Assembly: GCF_965208475.1 (NCBI RefSeq)
Contig: NZ_OZ242338.1
Span: 2,834,782 to 2,898,781, forward strand
DNA: 64,000 nt
Direction: 5' to 3'
Origin: Candidatus Poriferisocius sp.
GTDB lineage: Bacteria > Actinomycetota > Acidimicrobiia > Acidimicrobiales > Bin134
Shown here: positions 35,945 through 44,876 of the stretch, piece by piece
Numbering within the stretch: position 1 is the stretch's first letter
Layout of the letters: the number at the start of each line of letters is the position of its first letter
Made by a program: the position numbers and the translations under genes
Notes under the pieces: generated by a model
The model's database searches: none
What the model saw: only the letters and a program-made list of their open reading frames with translations
What the model was told of the DNA's origin: nothing

Positions 35945-35960
35945 TCAGTCCCAGCGGGGG
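35945..35960. repeat. 16-bp direct repeat TCAGTCCCAGCGGGGG, copy 3
   Basis: Read directly. Forms the last four codons plus stop (P-R-W-D-stop) of the minus-strand SnoaL-like gene. Confidence 0.9.
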
Positions 35961-36373
35961 CGGGGGGATTGGGGGAGCCAGGAGTCGGGTTGCTGGGCGA
36001 TTAAGTAGTTGTAGTCCCAGTATTCGCGCCAGTGGGCGATCTTGTTGTCGCGGATTTGGAGGCGGCACAGCACGGGGAGGCTGGCAACGGTGCCGTCGGG
36101 GTGGTGCCAGACTTCGACTCGCTCGACGAGCACGTTGTCGCCGCTCACCCAGATGTCGGTGACACCGAGGTCGAAGCGGTCCAGGGCGCTCAGGCCCACC
36201 TCCAGCTTGGCGATGATGCCGGCGTGGCCGACGGTGCCGCCGGAGTCGGTCTCGAAGGGCATGTCCTGGTAGGTGCCGTCTTCGGTGAACAGCTCGGCCA
36301 CCGCGGGCCAGTCCATCCGCTCCAGGGCGGCGAACAGGGCCTCGGCCAGTGCTCGATTCTCAGCGTCGCTCAT
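35945..36373 (-). CDS. SnoaL/NTF2-like (limonene-epoxide-hydrolase-like) protein
   Basis: ATG 36373 (MSDAENRALAEALFAALERMDWPAVAELFTEDGTYQDMPF). 142 aa alpha+beta barrel pattern. Confidence 0.6.
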   Translation of the reverse strand: MSDAENRALAEALFAALERMDWPAVAELFTEDGTYQDMPFETDSGGTVGHAGIIAKLEVGLSALDRFDLGVTDIWVSGDNVLVERVEVWHHPDGTVASLPVLCRLQIRDNKIAHWREYWDYNYLIAQQPDSWLPQSPRPRWD

Positions 36374-36380
36374 GGTTGCC

Positions 36381-37469
36381 TCACTCGGGAGTGGGCAGGC
36401 CCAGGTACTGGGCCAGCATCTGGGTAGAGGGGTTGTTCTGTTCGTACTGGGCACCGTCCTCGGCACTGAAGGCCCCATACTTCACCTGCATGTTCACGAT
36501 GGCCACCATGATGATGCAAAAGCGCAGACACCCCCACGCCTCGAAGTAGTCCACGTGCTCGGCCTTGCGGCCCATAGCCTGCTCCCAGCGGGCGATGGTG
36601 CCCTCCTGGTCGGCGAAGCCGGGCAGCCAGTCGACGCCGGCACCCTCGCTCAAGAATCGGTTCATGTACAAGAACCAGCCCAGGTCGACCTCGCCGGGCC
36701 CCAGATCGGCCATCTCCCAGTCGAACACGGCCATCACCTTGAAGTCTTCGCCGTACATGAGGTTGCTGGGCCGGGCGTCGCCCCAGTTCAGCTCGATAGG
36801 CATCGAGCCTGAGGGATCGTTAGCGTCGAACCAGCCCAGCGCGGCGTCGATAAGCGGCTTGGGCCGGTCCTCAGCGGCCCAGTTGGCGTAGTAGCGCTGA
36901 TAGCCGAGCTGCTGGGCAAAACCGGGGCCGCCGTATTGAGGGCGCTCCACGAAGTCGAATCCGTTGGCCTTCCAGTCGGTTTTGGCCACCGCGGCCAGCG
37001 TGTCCACCGACGAGTTGTACAGCGCGGCCTGCTGTTCGGGGGTGGCCTCGAATACCCAGCCCTCCGAGAAGAACGGTGGATTGTCGGAGGGCACCCGGCC
37101 GTGCAGGCGCTCCATGATGAAGAACGGCTCCCCCAGCACTTCTCCGGTGTCCTCCACCCACAGGATCTCGGGCACCGGCACGCTGCCGCAGGCGGCCATG
37201 TTCTGCATGCTCCGGTACTGCACGCTCATGTCATAGGTGGGGAAGATGGCGTAGTCGGTGGGCCGCTTGCGCACCACGATGCCCGAATCCCGGATCTGGC
37301 CGTTGAGGGTGTAGACGGCGTCGCACACCAAGGTCTCGTTGCTGAACCCGGAGGACTCGGGGTTCACCAGAAAGGTCACTTCGGCATCGGACACGCCGGG
37401 GCGGGTGTTCATCCAGTCGGACACCGAGGCCTTGAGGGCGTCGATGTCGCGGTCTTGGGGAATAGCCAT
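36381..37469 (-). CDS. Phosphotransferase (APH/choline-kinase-like) family protein
   Basis: NWGDARPSNLMY (catalytic-loop-like) and DWEMADLGPGEVDLGW, typical of APH-family kinases found next to acyl-CoA enzymes. Confidence 0.75.
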   Translation of the reverse strand: MAIPQDRDIDALKASVSDWMNTRPGVSDAEVTFLVNPESSGFSNETLVCDAVYTLNGQIRDSGIVVRKRPTDYAIFPTYDMSVQYRSMQNMAACGSVPVPEILWVEDTGEVLGEPFFIMERLHGRVPSDNPPFFSEGWVFEATPEQQAALYNSSVDTLAAVAKTDWKANGFDFVERPQYGGPGFAQQLGYQRYYANWAAEDRPKPLIDAALGWFDANDPSGSMPIELNWGDARPSNLMYGEDFKVMAVFDWEMADLGPGEVDLGWFLYMNRFLSEGAGVDWLPGFADQEGTIARWEQAMGRKAEHVDYFEAWGCLRFCIIMVAIVNMQVKYGAFSAEDGAQYEQNNPSTQMLAQYLGLPTPE

Positions 37470-37505
37470 AGGAACCTGAGATTACCCACCGAAGCGGGCC
37501 GAATA

Positions 37506-39818
37506 TCAGGCGGGGACGGGCACAACCTCCACCTTGATCCCGTTCACGATGGCATTGCCGGAGATCTCGTCCACCAGCTCGCCCGGGGCCAAAAGGTTGT
37601 TGTTGACCCCGGCGAACTCCTTGGCCACCGAGAGCTGCACCCCGTCGAGGTTGTGGCCCCAGCCGTGGGGCAGCGACACCACGCCGGGCATCATCTCGTC
37701 GCTCACCTCAACGGGCACCTCGATGCTGCCGACCTCGGTGCTCACCCGGGCCACCGATCCTTCGGCCAGGCCGATCCCCGCCGCGTCGTCGGGATGCACA
37801 ATTAGCGTGCAGCGGTCCTTGCCCTTCACCAGCACCTTCACGTTGTGCATCCAGGAGTTGTTAGACCGCACATGGCGGCGGCTCACCAGCACCATTCCGT
37901 CGTCGCGCCCCAAGCGGCGCTGGAGCCGGTCCACATCGGCGGTGATGTAGGGCGGGGCCATCTCGATGCGGCCCGACGGGGTGTGGAGGATCTCCGGTAT
38001 CCGGGGCACCATCGGGCCGAAATCGAGGCCGTGGGGGTTGTTTTTGAAGTCCTGCAAGGTGAGTCCGTCGGGATTCTCGCCGTAGCGGTCGCCCCGATGG
38101 CCCACCCGGATCATGAAGTCGGTCATCCGCTCGGGGCCACCGGCGTCGTAGTGCGACAGCACATGGCCAGGATCGAGGCCGAAGAACGTGCAGAGCCCGG
38201 AGAAGAACCCGTCGTCGATGGCGCGCTCGTCGATCTCGCCGTTGGATTGGCCGCCCATCAGCGCGCCCACCCGCACGAGCACCTCCCACTCGTCTGGGCG
38301 GTCGCCGAACTCGAAGATCCGGTCCGACCAGTTGCCCGCGGTGCGGGCGGCCCATGACCAGATCATCTCGTCCCAGTGGGGCTGCTCCAGAGGCGACAGC
38401 CCGGGCAGGATCACATCGGCGTGGCGGGTAGTGGCGTTGACCCAGTTGTCGATGCAGATCATGGCATCCAGCATGGGAAGCACCTCATCGAGGCGACCTG
38501 CCTCGGGCGAGCTGATAACCGGGTTGCCGGCCACCACCACCAGGGCCTTTATCTGGCCCTCGCCGGGGGTCATGATCTCCTCCGACAAACACGACACCGG
38601 CACCTGGCCCAGCACCTCGGGGGCGCCCCGCACCCGGCTGTGCCAGCGGCCGAACTCGGGCTCTTTGGGTGCCTCGAAGTTGAGGGTGGCCATGGCCGGA
38701 GCCACCGGGGTGGCGAACATCATCCCGCCGGGCACGTCGAAGTTGGCGGTGAGCAGGTTCACCACGTCGATGAGCCACGAGGCCAGCGTGCCGAACTCCT
38801 GGTTGCACAGCCCGATGCGGCCGTACACGCTGGCGCTGTCGGCCGCGGCGATCTCCCGAGCCAGCCGGCGGATTTTTTCGGCCGGAATCTGGGTGGTCTC
38901 AACCACCATCTCGGGGGTCCAGTCGGCCACCAGGGCCCGCACCTCGTCGAGGCCGTTCACGTGGCCGGCCATGGTGCCCAGATCCACCAGATCCTCGTCG
39001 AACAGCACATGGCACAGGGCCAACAAGAAGGCGGCATCGGTTCCGGGAGTGATGGGCACCCACTCATCGGCGTGGTCGAAGGTGCCGGTGCGGCGGGGGT
39101 CGATCACCACGCACTTGCCGCCCCGCTCGCGGATCTTGTCCATCTCGCCCAGCACGTCGGGGCAGGCCAACAGGCTGCCCTGGGAGGCGTGGGGGTTGGC
39201 ACCCATCACCACCAGGTACTGGGTGCGCATGATGTCGGGGGTGGGGAACGTCCAAGAGTTGCCGTACATGCACACCGACGACACGTTCTTGGGCCACTGG
39301 TCGACGGTGCCCGCCGAGTACCCCATCTGCACGCCCGACAGCATCACCAGCGCGCCCACGTAGCGGCTGATGGAGAAGTTGTGGGCCGCAGGATTGCCGA
39401 TGTAGTAGGTCATGGCCTCGACGCCGTAGGTGTCGCGCACGCCGTGGAGCAGCTCCTCGCAGCGGGCATAGGCCTCTTCCCAGGTGGCCTCCTGGAAGGT
39501 GCCGCTGGAGTCTTTGACCAGCGGCACCCGCACCCGGTCGGGATCGGTGTGCAAATGCCCCAGAGTGGTGCCCTTGGGGCAGATGAAGCCCTTGCTCCAC
39601 ACGTCGTCGCGGTCGGGCCGGATGGGGGGCAACACCTTGGTGCCCTCGGTTTTGATCACCATCCCGCACATGGCCTCACACAGCGGACAGGTCCTCAAAT
39701 GGGTCTTAACCTGGCTGCCATTGCCAGACGGTTCGGGGGCTGGGGTTTCGGCGCTCACGCCGGGGATTTTACTCACATGGGGCGAAAGCGGCTTCTGTCC
39801 GACGAACATGGCCGACAA
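37506..39818 (-). CDS. Molybdopterin-dependent oxidoreductase (formate dehydrogenase-like MopB family)
   Basis: N-terminal Fe-S motif CPLCEAMCGM...CPKG. 770 aa with molybdopterin-binding and C-terminal beta-barrel segments. Confidence 0.85.
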   Translation of the reverse strand: MSAMFVGQKPLSPHVSKIPGVSAETPAPEPSGNGSQVKTHLRTCPLCEAMCGMVIKTEGTKVLPPIRPDRDDVWSKGFICPKGTTLGHLHTDPDRVRVPLVKDSSGTFQEATWEEAYARCEELLHGVRDTYGVEAMTYYIGNPAAHNFSISRYVGALVMLSGVQMGYSAGTVDQWPKNVSSVCMYGNSWTFPTPDIMRTQYLVVMGANPHASQGSLLACPDVLGEMDKIRERGGKCVVIDPRRTGTFDHADEWVPITPGTDAAFLLALCHVLFDEDLVDLGTMAGHVNGLDEVRALVADWTPEMVVETTQIPAEKIRRLAREIAAADSASVYGRIGLCNQEFGTLASWLIDVVNLLTANFDVPGGMMFATPVAPAMATLNFEAPKEPEFGRWHSRVRGAPEVLGQVPVSCLSEEIMTPGEGQIKALVVVAGNPVISSPEAGRLDEVLPMLDAMICIDNWVNATTRHADVILPGLSPLEQPHWDEMIWSWAARTAGNWSDRIFEFGDRPDEWEVLVRVGALMGGQSNGEIDERAIDDGFFSGLCTFFGLDPGHVLSHYDAGGPERMTDFMIRVGHRGDRYGENPDGLTLQDFKNNPHGLDFGPMVPRIPEILHTPSGRIEMAPPYITADVDRLQRRLGRDDGMVLVSRRHVRSNNSWMHNVKVLVKGKDRCTLIVHPDDAAGIGLAEGSVARVSTEVGSIEVPVEVSDEMMPGVVSLPHGWGHNLDGVQLSVAKEFAGVNNNLLAPGELVDEISGNAIVNGIKVEVVPVPA

Positions 39819-39833
39819 ACAACATGGTTGGAG

Positions 39834-39870
39834 TACTAACCCATACTAATTCATGTCACATTAGTAGCAA
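39834..39870. repeat. 37-bp direct repeat, left copy (TACTAACCCATACTAATTCATGTCACATTAGTAGCAA)
   Basis: Read directly. Matches the right copy at 32 of 37 positions. Contains TACTAAT-N9-ATTAGTA. Confidence 0.85.
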
Positions 39871-39899
39871 TCACCCTGGATCTGCCATAGAGTTGCACT

Positions 39900-41300
39900 G
39901 TGGCAAAGGTGCTCACACCCCCAACTTGGACTGATCTGGCCTCAAAAGTCCCACCAGAAAATCATCACCGCGTGATTGAAGTGCTGACGTCAGGAAGGCC
40001 AATTGATCCCAAGGGCCGATACCTTCATTGGGACGAGATGCGGCACCGGACCCCTCCCGACGGCCTCACTCTAGACGAGTGGTGGATGGGCACTGCCTAC
40101 AGCCGGTTCGCAGTTGCCCGCCCGCTACCTCTAACCAGTGTGACAGGAGAGCCGTTCCGGATCTCCAACATCGACCCAATACAGGAAGCGGTTCACCGCA
40201 TCGACCAGTACGCCAGCGGGCAGATCCAGGCCGATGGCGCCATCGCCAACGTGCAGTCCAGCGACCGCTACCTGGTTTCTTCGCTCATGGAAGAGGCAAT
40301 CACCTCCAGCCTCTTGGAGGGCGCCGCCACCACTCGGCGAGCCGCCAAAGAAATGCTGCGAACGAAGCGGTCACCCAAGACCCACGGCGAGCGCATGGTG
40401 TTCAATAACTTCAACGCGATGATCGCCGCCGAGCAGTTGGCCCGAGAGGGCCGCCCGCTGACGCCGGGGGATGTATTGGAACTGCACCGCATCGTCACCG
40501 ACGGCACGTTGGACGACGAGTCGGAATCCGGGCGCATCCAGCAGCCCGGCGAAGAGCGGGTTGTTGTGGTTGACAGCGATGACACAGTGATTCATCGACC
40601 GCCGCCGGCCGAGGAACTCCCAGGACGGCTAGAACAACTCTGCGAGTTCGCCAATGGTGAGAACGTCGAAGGTTTCCTACACCCAGTGGTCCGAGCCATT
40701 GTCCTCCATTTCTGGGTGGGGTACGACCATCCCTTTGTGGACGGCAACGGGCGTACCGCCCGGGCGCTGTTCTACTGGTCGATACTGAGATCCGGGTACT
40801 GGCTGGCCCAGTACATCTCCATCTCTGCCATCCTGCGCAACGCTCCTGGGCAATACAAGAAGTCATACCTGAAGGCTGAGACTGACAGCAACGATGCCAC
40901 TTACTTCGTGATCTACCAGCTTCAGGTCATGGAGCAGGCAATCGACAGCCTTCGGGACTACCTGGCCCGAAAGACCTCAGAGATCAATAACGTCAAACAG
41001 CGCTTGCGCAGTGTCTCCAGGCTCAACAACCGCCAACTCGCCATCATCAACGACGCCTTGCACGACCCCTCCCAGGTCTTCACCATCCAAGGCCAGGCAC
41101 AACTGCACCGCGTGGTATACCAGTCGGCTCGTACCGATTTGCTCGCCCTAGAAGCCATGGGGCTTTTCGCCAAAGCCAAGTTGGGCAATCAGTTCGAGTT
41201 CTATGCGGTCGGCGACATCCAAGATCGGCTACATCACCTGGTTGAGGCTGAGAAGCAACAAATCGCGCACGAGGTTGAGGCTGCGGTACGACGAAGCTGA
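39900..41300 (+). CDS. Fic-family protein (class II) with extended N-terminal and C-terminal domains
   Basis: Fic motif HPFVDGNGRTAR. Inhibitory motif SSLLEG. GTG start. Confidence 0.85.
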   Translation: MAKVLTPPTWTDLASKVPPENHHRVIEVLTSGRPIDPKGRYLHWDEMRHRTPPDGLTLDEWWMGTAYSRFAVARPLPLTSVTGEPFRISNIDPIQEAVHRIDQYASGQIQADGAIANVQSSDRYLVSSLMEEAITSSLLEGAATTRRAAKEMLRTKRSPKTHGERMVFNNFNAMIAAEQLAREGRPLTPGDVLELHRIVTDGTLDDESESGRIQQPGEERVVVVDSDDTVIHRPPPAEELPGRLEQLCEFANGENVEGFLHPVVRAIVLHFWVGYDHPFVDGNGRTARALFYWSILRSGYWLAQYISISAILRNAPGQYKKSYLKAETDSNDATYFVIYQLQVMEQAIDSLRDYLARKTSEINNVKQRLRSVSRLNNRQLAIINDALHDPSQVFTIQGQAQLHRVVYQSARTDLLALEAMGLFAKAKLGNQFEFYAVGDIQDRLHHLVEAEKQQIAHEVEAAVRRS

Positions 41301-41330
41301 CCGCATAGCCGCTGGATATAGAACGCGAAC

Positions 41331-41367
41331 TACTAATCGATACTAATTGATATCAAATTAGTAGCAA
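41331..41367. repeat. 37-bp direct repeat, right copy (TACTAATCGATACTAATTGATATCAAATTAGTAGCAA)
   Basis: Read directly. Lies between two convergent 3' ends. Contains TACTAAT-N9-ATTAGTA with the central palindrome TTGATATCAA. Confidence 0.85.
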
Positions 41368-41385
41368 CTGTCCGTCCTTCCCTGG

Positions 41386-42264
41386 TCAGCGGAGTTGGTC
41401 TACGTAGGTGTCGGTGCCGGGGATGGTGGGGATGAAGGGGGCGGACAGGGCCAGGCTGGCCTTGGGGTGGGCGGCGAGGGCGGCGTGGTGGCTGGCGAGG
41501 GCGTCAGGGAAAACGTCGGAGGGGTCTTGGTCCAAGAACCACAGCAGACACAGGCGCTGGCCCACCTTGGCGGTGGGGGCCACCGGCGGGGTGCCGGGCT
41601 GTTCGATGCGGCCCTGGGCGAACTCGCGGGGGGCGAAGGCCAGACACATCACCGCGGGCGAGCCCGGCAGCACAGAGGGCAGGTGGTCGTCGACCAGCCA
41701 ATCCTCGATGGCCTGCTGATCGTCGGGGGCGGCGGCGGCGATCACCTCCACCACCAACCCCGCGAAGGGGTGGTCGAGGGCCAAGTGGGGCTTCATGGGG
41801 CCGCTTCCGGGGCGGACCACCCCAAAGCGGTACTGGTGGAAGGCGGTGTACACATGGGTGCGCTGGGTGAATCCCCGTCCGTGGGGCATGAGGGCCTCGG
41901 CCATGGCCAAAAAGCTCCACCGCTCGGTGTCGTCCTCGTGGCCCGGTGTGCTCCAGTACAGCGAGATGTAGCAGCCGGCGTCGGGAGGGTGAAACGCCGG
42001 CTCGTCCACCTCCGGGCGCAGGTCGCGCAGCGCTTTGGGGGCCACCCAGCGGCGTCCGGCGAACACCCACGGACCGTGCATGGCCCCGGAGTAGAAATGG
42101 TCGTCCTCGTACCAGCGGTTGTACGCGTTCTCGTAGCCCTCGTGGGGCTCCACCATGGTGATGAGCGCGCCCCCTATGCCGTTGTCGTTGGGCAGGTGCC
42201 GCGCCAGCCGCTCATACACCGACCGGTCGGCCGGGGTCCGATCGGGCTCGCTGAGGGTGGACAT
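41386..42264 (-). CDS. Conserved hypothetical protein
   Basis: 292-aa ORF 32 nt downstream of the CoA-transferase gene, with coding-like composition. No motif recognised. Confidence 0.45.
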   Translation of the reverse strand: MSTLSEPDRTPADRSVYERLARHLPNDNGIGGALITMVEPHEGYENAYNRWYEDDHFYSGAMHGPWVFAGRRWVAPKALRDLRPEVDEPAFHPPDAGCYISLYWSTPGHEDDTERWSFLAMAEALMPHGRGFTQRTHVYTAFHQYRFGVVRPGSGPMKPHLALDHPFAGLVVEVIAAAAPDDQQAIEDWLVDDHLPSVLPGSPAVMCLAFAPREFAQGRIEQPGTPPVAPTAKVGQRLCLLWFLDQDPSDVFPDALASHHAALAAHPKASLALSAPFIPTIPGTDTYVDQLR

Positions 42265-42296
42265 GGAATGCCTCCTTTCGGTGGCGGGAGCGGAAC

Positions 42297-44714
42297 TTAG
42301 GTGAGTGCTCCGGTGGCGGCTAGGGCGGTGATCTCGTCGTCGGAGAAGCCGAGAATCTCCGACATGACCTGCTGGGTGTGCTCGCCAACCAGGGGGCCGG
42401 CCCGCCAGGGGCGGGCGGGGGTGGCGGAGAACAAGGTGACGGGGCCGTCGAAGGTCATGGTGCCGATGGCGCCGTGGTCCAGTTCGATGAAGAACTCCCG
42501 AGCCACCAGGTTGGGGTCGGCGTAGAAGTCGCTGGCCCGCAGAGCCATATAGGCGGGCACGCCGGCGTTGCGGAGTTCTTGGGCAGCCTCGAAGCCGTCG
42601 CGGGAGACAAACCAGGCGGCCAAGATCTCATCGGCGGCCGCGGTCTCAGACCACCGGTCGTCCACCTTGCTCAACTCGGGCACCACCGAGCGCAGGGCTT
42701 CCCACTGCTCGTCGGTCTCGGTGGCCACCGCGCAGAAGCGCTCGGTGCCCGCTACGCGGTACACCCCATGGGGAGCGGCCCGCTCGGAGCTCAGCCCGGC
42801 CTGGGTGCGCACCCGGCCGCTGTCGCGAAATTCCAGCACCAGTGGGGCGAGAAAATGTATGGAGGCCTCAATCTGGGACAGGTCTATGTACTGGCCCTCC
42901 CCGGTGCGGTTGCGGTGGTGCAGTGCCGCGGCGAGGGCAGACAGGGCGTAGCGGGGGGATATGAAGTCGGTGTAGGCCCCCCAGGGAACATGGGGGGTCC
43001 GGTCGGGCCAGCCGGTGATGGCCGCGAAGCCGCCCAGACATGCCCCGTGGAGCCCGAAGCCGGTGTGGCGGGCCTCGGGGCCGGTCTGGCCCCGCATGCA
43101 GCTCGAAAGCATCACCGCGGCGGGGTTCAGCTCACGGACGCGCTCGTAGCCGAAGCCCATGCGGTCGGCGGTGCCGGGGGTGTAGTTCTCCACCACCACG
43201 TCGGCCCACTCGATCATCCGGTCGATGACCGCCTTCGCCTCGGCGATGGTGAAGTTGAGCCCCAAACCGAGCTTCGACTGGTTCATGTTGGCCATGGGGT
43301 GCCCGGCGCTCATCGGCGAGGCGTGGGGCAGATGGGGTGGAATCCAGCGCAGGGTGTCGAGGCGGGCCTCGGTCTCCACCCGGATCACGGTGGCCCCCAG
43401 GTTGGCCAGATCTTTGGAGATGAGCGGTCCCGCCGCGATCCACGACAAGTCGGCCACCTTCAGGCCTTCGAACAGCGAGCCTCGGGGAACCGCCCACACT
43501 TTGCCGTCGGCTGTTGGCCGGGAAACGGAATCGAGGCCGTCGAGCAACTCCTGGTGCTGGCCCAGCTCAGGGGCAAGATGGCGATAGACGATGGGGGTGG
43601 CCGACATCTTGGCGAACGGCCCGGCGTGAACGGCGCCGTCGATCTCCACCCAGAAGTCCCGGGCAGCCAGTTGGGGGTCGTCGGCCAGGCGGGCCGTGGT
43701 GAAGCAAGGGGCCACCAGCATCTTGCCGGCCACCGCCCGCTCCTGGATCTCGGCCTGGGTCTTGGTCTTGATGAACGCCAAGAGGTCGTTGATGGCAATG
43801 GCGGCTTGTTCAGGGCTCAGGGTCTTGTCGGCCAGCATCTCCAGCCAGGCGTCCCAGGCCACGTCCACCAGTCCGTCGTCGAGCGCGCCCTCTTCGATCA
43901 CCCAGGCCATGAGCGATTTCATCCCCCGGTTGCCCTGCTCGCCCAGCACCAGCGTCATGCCCACATAGCCGTCGGCGCAGGGCTCGATCACCGGCATCGG
44001 CACACCGGGCACGATCTCGGGGTGGGTCGCCTCGGCCCGGTCGTCGCCTCGGCCGGGAAAGTCCTGGCCCAGGGCGGCGTAGCTGGTGATCGACATGAGC
44101 GACCACATCACCGCGGCCTGCATGGAGCTGTCTAGGTGCTGGCCCCCTCCGCTGCGGTCGCGCTCGCACAGCGCCATGGCGGCGTCGGCCGCGGCCTGCA
44201 TGGCCCCCAGAAACGACGTCTCCGGGTATCCCACCGGGGTGGGCACCCGGTCGTGATCGCCCTGCATGGCCAACAGCCCGCCGGCGGCCGACAAAGTCAG
44301 GTCGACCATGGGAGCGGTGGCGTCGGGCACATCGAAGCCGAACGGGGTCACCGACACATACACCAGGGCGGGGTTGACGGCAGCCAGATCGTCGGGGCCG
44401 AGACCGAGGCCGGCCAGGTGGCCGGGGGCGAATGACTCCACCAGCACATCGGCACCCGCCACCAGGGCTCTGAGCTGACCCTGGCCTTCGGGGGTGTCGA
44501 TGTCGCACACCACGCTGTGCTTGCCCAAGCCCCACGCCTCCCAGAACAGCGAGCGGCCGTCTTGGGCGAACGGCGGGGCAGAGCGGGCGTCGCACCCCCC
44601 GGGGGGCTCCACCTTGATTACCTCGGCCCCCAGGTCGGCCAGAGTCTTCCCGGTGGCTTCGGCCATCCGGGTGGACAGGTCAAGGATTCTTACGCCTTCG
44701 AGGGCGCCGCTCAT
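42297..44714 (-). CDS. Fused tandem family III CoA-transferase (two CaiB/BaiF modules)
   Basis: ATG 44714 (MSGALEGVRILDLSTRMAEATGKTLADLGAEVIKVEPPGG). The second module starts FEGLKVADLSWIAAGPLISKDLANLGATVIRVE. 805 aa. Confidence 0.8.
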   Translation of the reverse strand: MSGALEGVRILDLSTRMAEATGKTLADLGAEVIKVEPPGGCDARSAPPFAQDGRSLFWEAWGLGKHSVVCDIDTPEGQGQLRALVAGADVLVESFAPGHLAGLGLGPDDLAAVNPALVYVSVTPFGFDVPDATAPMVDLTLSAAGGLLAMQGDHDRVPTPVGYPETSFLGAMQAAADAAMALCERDRSGGGQHLDSSMQAAVMWSLMSITSYAALGQDFPGRGDDRAEATHPEIVPGVPMPVIEPCADGYVGMTLVLGEQGNRGMKSLMAWVIEEGALDDGLVDVAWDAWLEMLADKTLSPEQAAIAINDLLAFIKTKTQAEIQERAVAGKMLVAPCFTTARLADDPQLAARDFWVEIDGAVHAGPFAKMSATPIVYRHLAPELGQHQELLDGLDSVSRPTADGKVWAVPRGSLFEGLKVADLSWIAAGPLISKDLANLGATVIRVETEARLDTLRWIPPHLPHASPMSAGHPMANMNQSKLGLGLNFTIAEAKAVIDRMIEWADVVVENYTPGTADRMGFGYERVRELNPAAVMLSSCMRGQTGPEARHTGFGLHGACLGGFAAITGWPDRTPHVPWGAYTDFISPRYALSALAAALHHRNRTGEGQYIDLSQIEASIHFLAPLVLEFRDSGRVRTQAGLSSERAAPHGVYRVAGTERFCAVATETDEQWEALRSVVPELSKVDDRWSETAAADEILAAWFVSRDGFEAAQELRNAGVPAYMALRASDFYADPNLVAREFFIELDHGAIGTMTFDGPVTLFSATPARPWRAGPLVGEHTQQVMSEILGFSDDEITALAATGALT

Positions 44715-44876
44715 CGTGGCGGCGCGGCGGTGGGGGTACACGCCATGAGCCCACAGTAGTGGGCGCAGAATGCAGGGACTTCGCTGGCAAAGCCGCCGGA
44801 TTTTATCGGAATGCCGACAGGGGCCGTCGGCCATTCGAGCGACCGCGCCCTTGACAGATGTGGCTACTCTGTGGCG

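Noticed and set aside
33302-35960. Interpreting the three 16-bp repeats as integron attC sites.
   Set aside because: There is no intI-type integrase, no attI, and no GTTRRRY-type core or extended imperfect palindrome around the repeats. The copies are simple direct repeats identical to a gene's 3' end.
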